Source: a virus
Strand: one strand, 5' to 3'
Length of the DNA stretch: 64,000 bases
Virus record (IMG/VR): IMGVR_UViG_3300034190_002401
Location: 21,459 to 85,458 of that record
Shown here piece after piece: positions 19,260 through 27,266 of the stretch (its first letter is position 1; each line of letters opens with the position of its first letter). The notes beneath the pieces are model-generated. The model searched no databases and was not told the DNA's origin. It saw only the letters and a program-made list of their open reading frames with translations. Made by a program: the position numbers and the translations under genes.

Positions 19260-19897
19260 TAGTTATCGCCACTACCCTTCGTATATCTAAGGTCTGGCGT
19301 TCCGTCCTTCTTCAAACGGACATTATTCGATGATATGTCTCTAGGCGGAACTACTGATTCACGAACCATTTCATCAGCCAGAGAATCTAAGCCAAAACTT
19401 GTTGATTGAGTAACATTAGCGTTATGAGACGGAGGTTTTGATGTGTTAAATAGGTCAACTCCTAATCCTGAGATACCGGATTGACTGTTAGACATCATGG
19501 AAGGGGGCATCTTACCGGGATTCTGCTGCATCCAAAGCAGTTCCTTCTCCAACTGCATCTCCTGCATTCGTAGTTCCATGTCCGCTCTACGCTGGTCGTA
19601 ACTGAATTGCTGCTCTCTGAAACGGTAGTCCCTCTGCCTCTGCATCTCTGACATTCTAACTCGCTCTTGCATCTGTTCTTCAAAGAACATCTTGAACAAG
19701 TAATACGCTAGAATCTGAATTGCTAACGCTCCCATAGCGTATGTCATTCCGTTGACATACTGATTTGCATTCTCTCCACCGGGCAACCACAATCCGGCAT
19801 CGTAGATACCTATTGCGACTCCCACTAGAGCCGACTGAGTTAGTATCAACCCAGTCAATCTCATTTCTGATTTATCCGAAGGGTCTTGTCTGCTCAT
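19259..19897 (-). CDS. Two-TM membrane protein with a coiled coil
   Basis: Two TM helices, a Gln/Glu/Arg coiled coil and a C-terminal KKDGTPDLRY; start re-called at ATG 19897 (GAGGT RBS). Confidence 0.75.
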   Translation of the reverse strand: MSRQDPSDKSEMRLTGLILTQSALVGVAIGIYDAGLWLPGGENANQYVNGMTYAMGALAIQILAYYLFKMFFEEQMQERVRMSEMQRQRDYRFREQQFSYDQRRADMELRMQEMQLEKELLWMQQNPGKMPPSMMSNSQSGISGLGVDLFNTSKPPSHNANVTQSTSFGLDSLADEMVRESVVPPRDISSNNVRLKKDGTPDLRYTKGSGDN

Positions 19898-19951
19898 CTT
19901 AGTGACCTCTAGAAAGACCCCACGAGGGTGGCTATCATAAGCCTTCTGCAC

Positions 19952-20980
19952 CTAATTCAGTGTCTGGTAAAGATTAGAACCCGGATAATTAGTATAATAA
20001 TCAGGTTTCTTCGGAGTAATAGATGACGATTGATATTGTTCGGTAATATCACCACGAGCATCTCTGAAAGATGGTTTTTGCTGACCAGCAGTATACATGA
20101 CTGCCTCTTGGCCATACTTCGCTGCCAACTCCAGAAGTTTGGCCTGTTGCTCTGGGTTTACTCTAGGTATGGTGAATGAGGGTTCTGTGTCTCCCCCCTC
20201 TGTCCATTTAGAACCCCCCTCGGCTGATATTATGTCTGGTAGTTTAAGCCCCGCTAGTTCTGCAAGCATTTGATTACTCAACCCTTCTGCTCTTTTCCTA
20301 CCCACGGTTGTTGCTCCCGGTTTAGTGCCTATGGTCATGGTGGGGTACTTGTGAGGTCGATGTGCACCCTCTATTTTAGAGGGGGAAAACTCAGAAAGAG
20401 TAGTCTGCTTTGATTTTATCACTCTCAAAGTCCCTTTGTCTTTGAAGTGTCTAGCCCTGTTCGCGTGCTCCCCCTCTAACGTGAGCCTCCCACCTTGTGT
20501 GTGACTGACATCCTTACGATTGTGAGACCCGTAGATGCCTCGTCGTCTTCTTTCCCTATTGAGTTCTTCACGGTACTTCACACGTTCAGGGCTGGACTCG
20601 TATTTTGTGTCATATTCCTTCTTATGACGCTGGGCTTCTGGTGATAACTCCCTTGCTTTGAGGACTGCAACCCCCTTAACAATCGTCGGTTTCCCACCAA
20701 TCCCCTGTTTCTTGGCTCTTTTGCGTTTTGTGGCTGACCTTTTCTGTCCACTTGACATCGAACCAGAAGTCTTTGGAGTTTTGTCTGAAACTTTCACCGA
20801 TGGCCTGCACTTCGGGTATCCTTTTCCAGACAATTTTGCTTTCCCCCTCCCGCATGGTGGGTGTTTCCCATCCTTGTCCTTTCTCGATACGTCTACCCAC
20901 TTCTCCTTGAACCATCGGTTCAGGTTCTTTACCACTAACGTATTGTGGCAGGTGCAGCGGGAGTCTGAATCGGTACTCAT
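19952..20980 (-). CDS. Multi-domain basic protein (DUF5872-like + HNH-like + C-terminal domain)
   Basis: LNRWFKEKWVD...PCGR...YPKCRP; KDVSH...HANRARH; modules separated by hydrophobic-x-K motifs. Confidence 0.7.
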   Translation of the reverse strand: MSTDSDSRCTCHNTLVVKNLNRWFKEKWVDVSRKDKDGKHPPCGRGKAKLSGKGYPKCRPSVKVSDKTPKTSGSMSSGQKRSATKRKRAKKQGIGGKPTIVKGVAVLKARELSPEAQRHKKEYDTKYESSPERVKYREELNRERRRRGIYGSHNRKDVSHTQGGRLTLEGEHANRARHFKDKGTLRVIKSKQTTLSEFSPSKIEGAHRPHKYPTMTIGTKPGATTVGRKRAEGLSNQMLAELAGLKLPDIISAEGGSKWTEGGDTEPSFTIPRVNPEQQAKLLELAAKYGQEAVMYTAGQQKPSFRDARGDITEQYQSSSITPKKPDYYTNYPGSNLYQTLN

Positions 20981-21168
20981 TTCTTCTTACCTTTCCCTCG
21001 AAACTTTCCCCTGCAATATTGTACAGCCCATCCATTAGCATAGGCAGACGGATAGACCTTGAACTTTCTTTTTGCAGCGGCTTTACCTGCTGGACAGAGT
21101 TTCTTTTCAAGTGTGTCCCATGCACCATTCATACCGACGCAATGACCACAATCACAAGAACCTATCAT
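20977..21168 (-). CDS. Small basic protein (KFKVYPSAYANGW family, DUF5872-like)
   Basis: Motif common in marine phage proteins; carries AWDTLEK. Confidence 0.7.
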   Translation of the reverse strand: MIGSCDCGHCVGMNGAWDTLEKKLCPAGKAAAKRKFKVYPSAYANGWAVQYCRGKFRGKGKKK

Positions 21169-21353
21169 ATCACAAACACCATTTTAGTAATTTTATCAGC
21201 GGCTTTTCTCTGAGCATACAGTAAACTGTAGCAGGGACATCGAGGTGGGGTCATTGAGCATTTCATCACTCCCTTTTCCATGCATTTGCATGGATTCTTC
21301 TTATTTCCACCACAACAACAACTATCTCTTTTCAATGCCATCAGCAGTTCCAC
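21165..21353 (-). CDS. Small Cys-rich protein
   Basis: CCCGG...CKC...C...CPC; coupled to neighbours. Confidence 0.6.
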   Translation of the reverse strand: MELLMALKRDSCCCGGNKKNPCKCMEKGVMKCSMTPPRCPCYSLLYAQRKAADKITKMVFVI

Positions 21354-22120
21354 CTCTTCAGTGCTGCACCCTTTGGTGTGAGTTTGCCGTCCTTGCTGGT
21401 AGGACCTTTACTCCCACCCATGCGAGCGCAGAAGGACTTTCTTCTCTTCGCCTTTTTACTACCCGGTTTGAGTTTGGATGGTTTTGTCGTGACCGGGGGT
21501 TTGAGGTTCGCACCGGTTTCTCTCTTGAACTTGGCACGCCCCTTTGCGTTCAGACCGCCCTTCTTGTGATGCCTCTTCGGGTTGTATCCGTGAAACGGCT
21601 TGGATTTCTTCTTGGCCTTCTCGAAATAGTCCTCAATCAGAGTGCCGAATGCCTGTGTGGAAGGAGAACAGCAGTCACAAGTCGCTGTGACTTGCACGTA
21701 AGCGTCTGATTTCATCGTCATGGGGGCTAGATTGGCCCTAGGAATGCCTCCACTCCTCACATTACTTTCAGTACCACTGAAAATACCACCGCTAGGCTCT
21801 GGTTGTGCGACTGGGTTAGCCAGTCCTCCACCCCTCACGCCTACTACACCCACATTGCTCTGAGGCAGACCGAACTTTTTGGCCCTTTCTAATGCGAACT
21901 GGTACGCTAGTTCTGGATTGTCGGTTGTGTAGGACACCCTGTCCTCATTCCTGAGGCTGGGTGGGACGTAGTGTTTCGAGCGTTTTTTCGGGTCTCCACC
22001 CATGATTCCTTGGTCGAGAACGCCCTGCATGTCGATTGTTCCGTGGTACTCACTGACTGGACCAAGGCTGCTGGGAAAATCAGAGTGGAACTCACCGAGT
22101 TCTGTCTGTCTGCTTACCAT
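21341..22120 (-). CDS. ADP-ribosyltransferase-like domain fused to a DUF6321-like basic domain
   Basis: YHGT...VLDQGI...SYTTDNPELAYQFA suggests the ART fold; GGLNAKGRAK...RRKSFCARM...ALKRWNC is DUF6321-like. Confidence 0.6.
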   Translation of the reverse strand: MVSRQTELGEFHSDFPSSLGPVSEYHGTIDMQGVLDQGIMGGDPKKRSKHYVPPSLRNEDRVSYTTDNPELAYQFALERAKKFGLPQSNVGVVGVRGGGLANPVAQPEPSGGIFSGTESNVRSGGIPRANLAPMTMKSDAYVQVTATCDCCSPSTQAFGTLIEDYFEKAKKKSKPFHGYNPKRHHKKGGLNAKGRAKFKRETGANLKPPVTTKPSKLKPGSKKAKRRKSFCARMGGSKGPTSKDGKLTPKGAALKRWNC

Positions 22121-22132
22121 GAATAGCCCTCC

Positions 22133-22678
22133 TTAGAGTCTCTGTGGAGGACTCCTTCGCTCGATTGGCGAGTTTTGTCGATTCACCTGTGATAGAATCT
22201 CATTTATCGCATTCCGGTAGTAGTCTGTGGCTTCCGGTGGTGCTTCTCTACGTGGAGGACTTGGGTCTGGCTTCTTGTCCATGGGGTTGGGCATCTCGAA
22301 CAGGTCTGGCCTTTCTCTCTTGAGTTGCTCTTGGTCTATGTGTAGACCTGCATTAAGTTTTTCTTCCAAGTCTTCTCTTTCTGGAGAATGGTCGAGGTAG
22401 TCATATTTAGACTCAAAAAAGTCCCCTCTATGCATCTTTTCTTCATCCGGTATAAGTGGTAGACCATATTCGTCAAAGTTCTCGTTTTCTCTGCTCAGAG
22501 GCCTGCCCATTGCGTCTATGAGAGGCTCGCCCGGCTCGAACTTGAGGAACTCCCATGCTTTCTTCATGGCTTTCTCGTCTGGTTTCGAGGTTTCAGTAGG
22601 CTTCTTGGGCATCTTAGGGCCGACAGCGATAACCAGTGTCATCCCTGCTTTCTTACCCTTGTCCTTCATACATATCAC
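22133..22678 (-). CDS. Hypothetical AWxxLK-motif protein
   Basis: MKKAWEFLK followed by an acidic, Pro-rich region. Confidence 0.7.
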   Translation of the reverse strand: MICMKDKGKKAGMTLVIAVGPKMPKKPTETSKPDEKAMKKAWEFLKFEPGEPLIDAMGRPLSRENENFDEYGLPLIPDEEKMHRGDFFESKYDYLDHSPEREDLEEKLNAGLHIDQEQLKRERPDLFEMPNPMDKKPDPSPPRREAPPEATDYYRNAINEILSQVNRQNSPIERRSPPQRL

Positions 22679-23220
22679 TGGTTATTTCTCTGCTCTGGTA
22701 TCTGAGGGGCGGAAACTCCTATTTTTGATGGTGCGCTGTCCCTACCGGTCATACCGGTGTTCATGGCATTCATGTCCCTCATGTGCTCTACAAAGTACTC
22801 TTGAGCGATATCAGAACTCAATTGGTGCTCATCATCATCCATTCCCTGCTCTACCGCAGACAAACCGGGGATGATGCCTAGTTTGTTCATGTAGTGATGT
22901 AGTATCTGCTGCTCCTTCTCGTTCCTAGGCTTGTGGTCATCGAAGATAGTGCCACCATGTGCGTCGAAGTCAGCCTGAGCCTGCTCGAACTCATCCAATT
23001 CAGGACCATCCGAGTAGTCCTCGTACTCATCTCTGTACGATTTCCTGAGTGTGTTGTAGTCGTATTGTAGTTTGAGGGCGGCCTTTCTCATGACATAGGC
23101 CTTCTTCATCTCGCCGCCGCAGCCCATCTTCTGCATGCAGTGTGCTTTTTTCATGCCGCATCCGGGGCACTTCTCATTGTCTGCTTTCAATAGAGTCCAT
23201 GCTGTGTCAAATGCGCTCAT
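22675..23220 (-). CDS. Hypothetical AWxxLK-motif protein
   Basis: Begins MSAFDTAWTLLKA. Confidence 0.75.
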   Translation of the reverse strand: MSAFDTAWTLLKADNEKCPGCGMKKAHCMQKMGCGGEMKKAYVMRKAALKLQYDYNTLRKSYRDEYEDYSDGPELDEFEQAQADFDAHGGTIFDDHKPRNEKEQQILHHYMNKLGIIPGLSAVEQGMDDDEHQLSSDIAQEYFVEHMRDMNAMNTGMTGRDSAPSKIGVSAPQIPEQRNNQ

Positions 23221-23226
23221 ATTCTT

Positions 23227-23466
23227 CTATCTCCTTCTGGATACTCTTACTAGGCCTGTCTGCCTACGCATCCTCGGACGTGTGTTACCCCTATCTAGGT
23301 TGCGTTTGTAGCGAGCCTTCGTCTTGCGATTCTTCGTCTTCCTCGCTAGACGCTGGACCTTGGCTTTAGCCCTCGCTTTTGGTCTATTTGAGATATATTG
23401 AGAGGTTTTCATCCCGAACTGACCCTTCTTGAGTGACTCGAACGCCAAATCGAACTCAAACCCCAT
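23227..23466 (-). CDS. Small highly basic (protamine-like) protein
   Basis: FDLAFESLKK followed by an R/K-rich tract. Confidence 0.7.
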   Translation of the reverse strand: MGFEFDLAFESLKKGQFGMKTSQYISNRPKARAKAKVQRLARKTKNRKTKARYKRNLDRGNTRPRMRRQTGLVRVSRRR

Positions 23467-23519
23467 GATTGCAGCGTATAAGGCGACACCATAATTAGTT
23501 TCTGCTTCTCCGACGTGTT

Positions 23520-23870
23520 ATGGACTCGGATTACGACATTGAGAAGTTTCTTCCGGCTCTAGTCGCTGGATTGGCCAGAATAGGTCCAGCAGCGGCAAAA
23601 TTAGGCTCAAAAGGCCTACAATCCGCTAAAAAAGTAGGTGTAGCGGCCAAAAACTCGAAAATGGGCCAAAATATGGCCAATTTAGCCGATAAAGGCAAGG
23701 AAATGAAGGAAACTTTGGATGCAGCGAAGGAAAGTCCGATGGGACAGGCCATGAGCAGCCTGCAAGAGGCAGCAGCACGAAATCAGCAGGATACAGCCAG
23801 AATGGAGCAAGAAGCACGTCAAAGGATGATGTCTGGTGCTTCCACTGGAAGTACAACCACTCGTTCTTAG
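23520..23870 (+). CDS. Small protein with an amphipathic N-terminal helix
   Basis: Only plus-strand gene in the left arm; fills the gap; TATA-like element upstream. Confidence 0.65.
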   Translation: MDSDYDIEKFLPALVAGLARIGPAAAKLGSKGLQSAKKVGVAAKNSKMGQNMANLADKGKEMKETLDAAKESPMGQAMSSLQEAAARNQQDTARMEQEARQRMMSGASTGSTTTRS

Positions 23871-24058
23871 GTTCTCATGCCCTTGTAGCGTGCGTAAAGC
23901 ATGCCTGCTTCCTCTTGAAGCCTCAAATCATCGGAGTTCATCATCTTGAGGATAGTCCCAGTGATGAATTGGTCCTCTTTAGAGGTGAAATCTACCCCAT
24001 TCTCCTGATGCTTGAGTAGAAGCCACGCCGCAGCGAAGGCGCTCTCGGATACTGTCAT
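23867..24058 (-). CDS. Small AWxxLK-motif protein
   Basis: SAFAAAWLLLK; own TTATTAAAG promoter about 23 nt upstream. Confidence 0.7.
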   Translation of the reverse strand: MTVSESAFAAAWLLLKHQENGVDFTSKEDQFITGTILKMMNSDDLRLQEEAGMLYARYKGMRT

Positions 24059-24239
24059 CGGGAATACTATGTATGGTGCTGCTTTAATAAGGGTTTAGTT
24101 AAAAGACCGTCTTTTGCTCGATGAAACGTCAGTTATGGGTATCAGCGAAGTTATTTTTGACAAGTTTAGAATGGTAGTGATTGATTTACTAATCAAAATA
24201 GGACTAACAGGTGTGGTTCTGCTGTTCGGAGTCAGTTGG

Positions 24240-24518
24240 TTACTGTCCCTCTGACCTTTTCTGCGCTTCCATGGCCTGCCTTGCCCTCTCAATCATGGAT
24301 TTCTGGCCTTCTGAGTGAGTATTTCCGTCTCCCATGACGTTTCTCATGCTCATTCCGCTGGGTGCGCCACAGTTTTCGCACTGTGGGTTGCCGGGATTGA
24401 GACCCTGCTTGCAACTCTGGCAGAACATCGAGTCCATCGCCCGTGCGCCCATCGGGTCGTCAGGAGATGTGGGCATGATGTTTTTCAGAACAGCCCAAGA
24501 CTTGTCGAAAGCGCCCAT
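24240..24518 (-). CDS. Small Zn-ribbon protein with a motif N-terminus
   Basis: MGAFDKSWAVLK, CQSC...CENC; start re-called at ATG 24518. Confidence 0.7.
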   Translation of the reverse strand: MGAFDKSWAVLKNIMPTSPDDPMGARAMDSMFCQSCKQGLNPGNPQCENCGAPSGMSMRNVMGDGNTHSEGQKSMIERARQAMEAQKRSEGQ

Positions 24519-24710
24519 GTCCGAGCGCAAGGGGGGTCAGAATAAAATCATTGCTGGTTTTTAGGTGCAGTCGATGCCATCTGCGTAGAAACATGAAAGA
24601 GTGTTGTCAATTTCGGAACAGGTTGAGAGATGACAAACAGATGACACCGACCACGATGTATGATTACATGCATTCTACTTGTATGTTCTTACTCTCTTGG
24701 TCGAAAGGAT

Positions 24711-25640
24711 TTATGTCACAGCCACCTTGTCTTGCCAATCGAAAAGGCGATTGTCTATATTTCTTGAAACCGTATTTCTGTCACCGAACATCATACGTTG
24801 AGTTGCCTCATCATATTCCGGCTCATCCCCCATGAAGACAGGTGCGGACTCCTCGTCTCCGACATGCCAAGCCGATAGGTACGGGGTATCGCCCATTTGA
24901 GCCATTATCGCTTGATTTAGTTTATTCAACTCAGGTACTTGCCTAGCAGCAGAATCCAGTTTCTCGTTGAATCTCTGCCAAACGGGGGGACGACTAATCC
25001 TTGAACTTCGCTCAGGATGCAAGACGTAATCCACACCAGCATTGGCGAGCAACTCATTCAAATTGTTCATTCTCATGTGGCCCGGAGAAGAAGTGTATGC
25101 GCTTTCCAGTTGCTGTGCCCTCTCCATGGCACTTGCTGGCGATATGTTCGACCCCTCTGCCAATCTCTGTACGACAGGCGATTCGATATCATTCAACGGC
25201 CCTCCATGGTCAAACGCCCTCCTACCGAGATTCAACACGGAATCGTCGTTGAATGACACTGGCATCTCGAAGCGACCTATCCGCCTTGGCTTCGCGGGGT
25301 CTCTCCATGCTTCGGAGTATTGCTGGGCGGTTATCCTCTGTGGGCTAAAGTACCTCTTTGGGTATTTGTCGCCTATCTTGAGTTCAGGCTCATCTTTCGA
25401 CATAGACCTAAAGACGCTAGGGGTTCTAGCAGTCGGATACGTCGGTCTGTTGGTGATGTCCCGCATGGCTTCCCTGAGTATCCTACTGTATCTGTCCCTG
25501 TCGCTATCACTGGCAAGACTAGCGAGAAGGCCATAATCCACAGCCTTCAGCAGAGACCACGCTTGGTCGAAGGGCGTGCTGACAGGCGACTTGCCGATGC
25601 GTGCAGCCATGCTTTTACCGACAACGCCTCCTGCCAACAC
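24711..25640 (-). CDS. AWxxLK-motif protein with a possible ART-like domain
   Basis: PFDQAWSLLKA; VFRSM...RYFSPQRITAQQY. Confidence 0.65.
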   Translation of the reverse strand: MLAGGVVGKSMAARIGKSPVSTPFDQAWSLLKAVDYGLLASLASDSDRDRYSRILREAMRDITNRPTYPTARTPSVFRSMSKDEPELKIGDKYPKRYFSPQRITAQQYSEAWRDPAKPRRIGRFEMPVSFNDDSVLNLGRRAFDHGGPLNDIESPVVQRLAEGSNISPASAMERAQQLESAYTSSPGHMRMNNLNELLANAGVDYVLHPERSSRISRPPVWQRFNEKLDSAARQVPELNKLNQAIMAQMGDTPYLSAWHVGDEESAPVFMGDEPEYDEATQRMMFGDRNTVSRNIDNRLFDWQDKVAVT

Positions 25641-25745
25641 GCTAGAGGGGAGGGGGGCTGGATTATTGATTTTTTTCTGTAATTTTTTTTCGGGAAAGGG
25701 CCTTCCACCGAAAAAATGGTGCAGCGCTGTGTGCGACTAAAAGAT

Positions 25746-25831
25746 GCGATTAACCGTTGCGATTAACATCGCCTCCGGCGATTAACCCTGCGATTAACCC
25801 CGCGATTAACTGTTTTCAGGGTGCGATTAAC
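25746..25831 (+). repeat. Six direct repeats of GCGATTAAC (iteron-like; origin or packaging site)
   Basis: Copies at 25746, 25759, 25778, 25790, 25802 and 25823, in the divergent intergenic region. Confidence 0.9.
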
Positions 25832-25841
25832 TAGGCCACTG

Positions 25842-25901
25842 GGGATACAAGTATCCCAACACATGTGTGTACACACGTGAACGTACCGTTCCAAGGAACG
25901 G
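25842..25901. repeat. Three adjacent inverted repeats
   Basis: GGGATAC-aa-GTATCCC, GTGTGTACACAC and CCGTTCC-aa-GGAACGG. Confidence 0.85.
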
Positions 25902-25915
25902 AACGTTTAGACTAG

Positions 25916-25932
25916 GGCTTTCCCATTTAAAG
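25916..25932 (+). promoter_or_regulatory. Viral early promoter, copy 1 (GGCTTTCCCATTTAAAG)
   Basis: TTTAAA box 20 nt before ATG 25952. Confidence 0.8.
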
Positions 25933-25951
25933 TCTCAACACATGAGAGTCG

Positions 25952-26707
25952 ATGGCCAAGAAATCAGACATCCTAAGAAGCATAAAGACGACCGCCGAGT
26001 TCCTAGGGAACTCAGACAGACCTTCGGTCTGTACTCTCAGAGTAGACTCATTGTCTACTCTAAAGAGGAACACCAAAGGTGTTCAATACACAAGGAAAAG
26101 CCTTAGGGCTTTTGCCAAAGCAGTACTGACGGAACGTCAGTCCTTCAGAGAAGGTATCTACATCCTTAAGGATGTAAACATCAAGGCTCTGAAAGACTCT
26201 CAACTCGGAGAGTTGCTTTCGGCTACTAACCCCAATGGGGATAGTAAGTATTACACCACAGTCCGAAGGATGACCTATCAGAACATCCTTGCTGATGCCA
26301 TAGCATCAGCAGAAGAAGAAGATGAGCCTGAGGCAAAGCCTCAGAAGAAGACAACCAAGAAGGCTAGGAAGCCTAAGGCTTCCAAGAAGCCTAAACTCAC
26401 ACCTGTTGAAGAGGAACTCTTCGATGAGGATGGCAACCTTGACCCTCAGCCAAAGGCTGAAGCAAAGCCAAAGGCTACCAAGCCAAAGGCTTCCAAGGTC
26501 AAGAAAGCAGTACCCAAAGGTACTGTCACCTTGACTGCCGTTATCAACGGCAAGAAGAGAGAAGCCACACTGCCAAAGGCAGACTGGGAAGGAAGCAACC
26601 ACTCCCAATGGGAGTTCAAGGCTGATTCCAGAGACATCCCTACCAAAGGTAGGAGCAAGAAAGAACTTGCAGTGCTCGTTGGAGTCCATGACTCCATCTT
26701 CGAGTGA
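25952..26707 (+). CDS. Lys-rich putative DNA-binding protein (first early gene)
   Basis: KPKA repeats; possible Rho-N/SAP-like C-terminus. Confidence 0.8.
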   Translation: MAKKSDILRSIKTTAEFLGNSDRPSVCTLRVDSLSTLKRNTKGVQYTRKSLRAFAKAVLTERQSFREGIYILKDVNIKALKDSQLGELLSATNPNGDSKYYTTVRRMTYQNILADAIASAEEEDEPEAKPQKKTTKKARKPKASKKPKLTPVEEELFDEDGNLDPQPKAEAKPKATKPKASKVKKAVPKGTVTLTAVINGKKREATLPKADWEGSNHSQWEFKADSRDIPTKGRSKKELAVLVGVHDSIFE

Positions 26708-26709
26708 AT

Positions 26710-26950
26710 CGAAGATTCCAACACACAAGTGTTCGGACATACGTAAGTGTTGGAGAGTGAGTCTAACGACTCGCTCTTCAGCATGCCAACTGACCTGTGC
26801 TCCCACGTGTTAGAACACACACAGGTTGCCCCCCAAAAAAAACGTCAAACTCCGAGAGGCATAGCCTCCCAGTGCTTTGGCTTATCAATGCCTAGCCTTC
26901 GGCTTAGGCTTCTTCTCCAGCACATACGTGTGTTGAACACGTGCTGGTAT
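26710..26950 (+). ncRNA. Putative structured non-coding RNA
   Basis: 16-bp stem 26748-26783 whose three non-Watson-Crick pairs are all G-U on the plus strand; further hairpins include a C(UUCG)G loop near 26895. Confidence 0.4.
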
Positions 26951-27230
26951 ACATCTACACATATACGTATACGTGAATACGTGTTGCCTTTCCTGTGTGT
27001 TGGATACCTTTGGTATAACTATCCAACTGTCTAACTGTATTGTCTATACAATAGACTGTACATACATATATGTAGAGACTACAATGAAACTTGTATTCTT
27101 AGACACATGTATATTGTATGAATGAACCATCGGACTATTGAACATGAGACACATCAACATGCACGCAGGAAGGAAATGGAATACGTATGATTGGAATCGT
27201 TTAACACTCATGCAATAGAATCAACTTCGT

Positions 27231-27252
27231 GGCTTTCCCATTTAAAGGAACA
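27231..27252 (+). promoter_or_regulatory. Viral early promoter, copy 2
   Basis: GGCTTTCCCATTTAAAGGAACA, TATA 20 nt before ATG 27267. Confidence 0.85.
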
Positions 27253-27266
27253 TAATAGTAGCAGCG

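Noticed and set aside
24060-24835. ORFs 24095-24292, 24315-24564 and 24551-24835
   Set aside because: They overlap better-supported genes or AT-rich spacers and have no RBS, promoter or motif support.
25746-25831. GCGATTAAC array as a mini-CRISPR
   Set aside because: The repeats are 9 bp with 3-12 bp gaps, far too short for CRISPR repeats and spacers.
26710-27230. tRNA gene
   Set aside because: No cloverleaf or T-loop GTTCRA consensus in a proper context was found.
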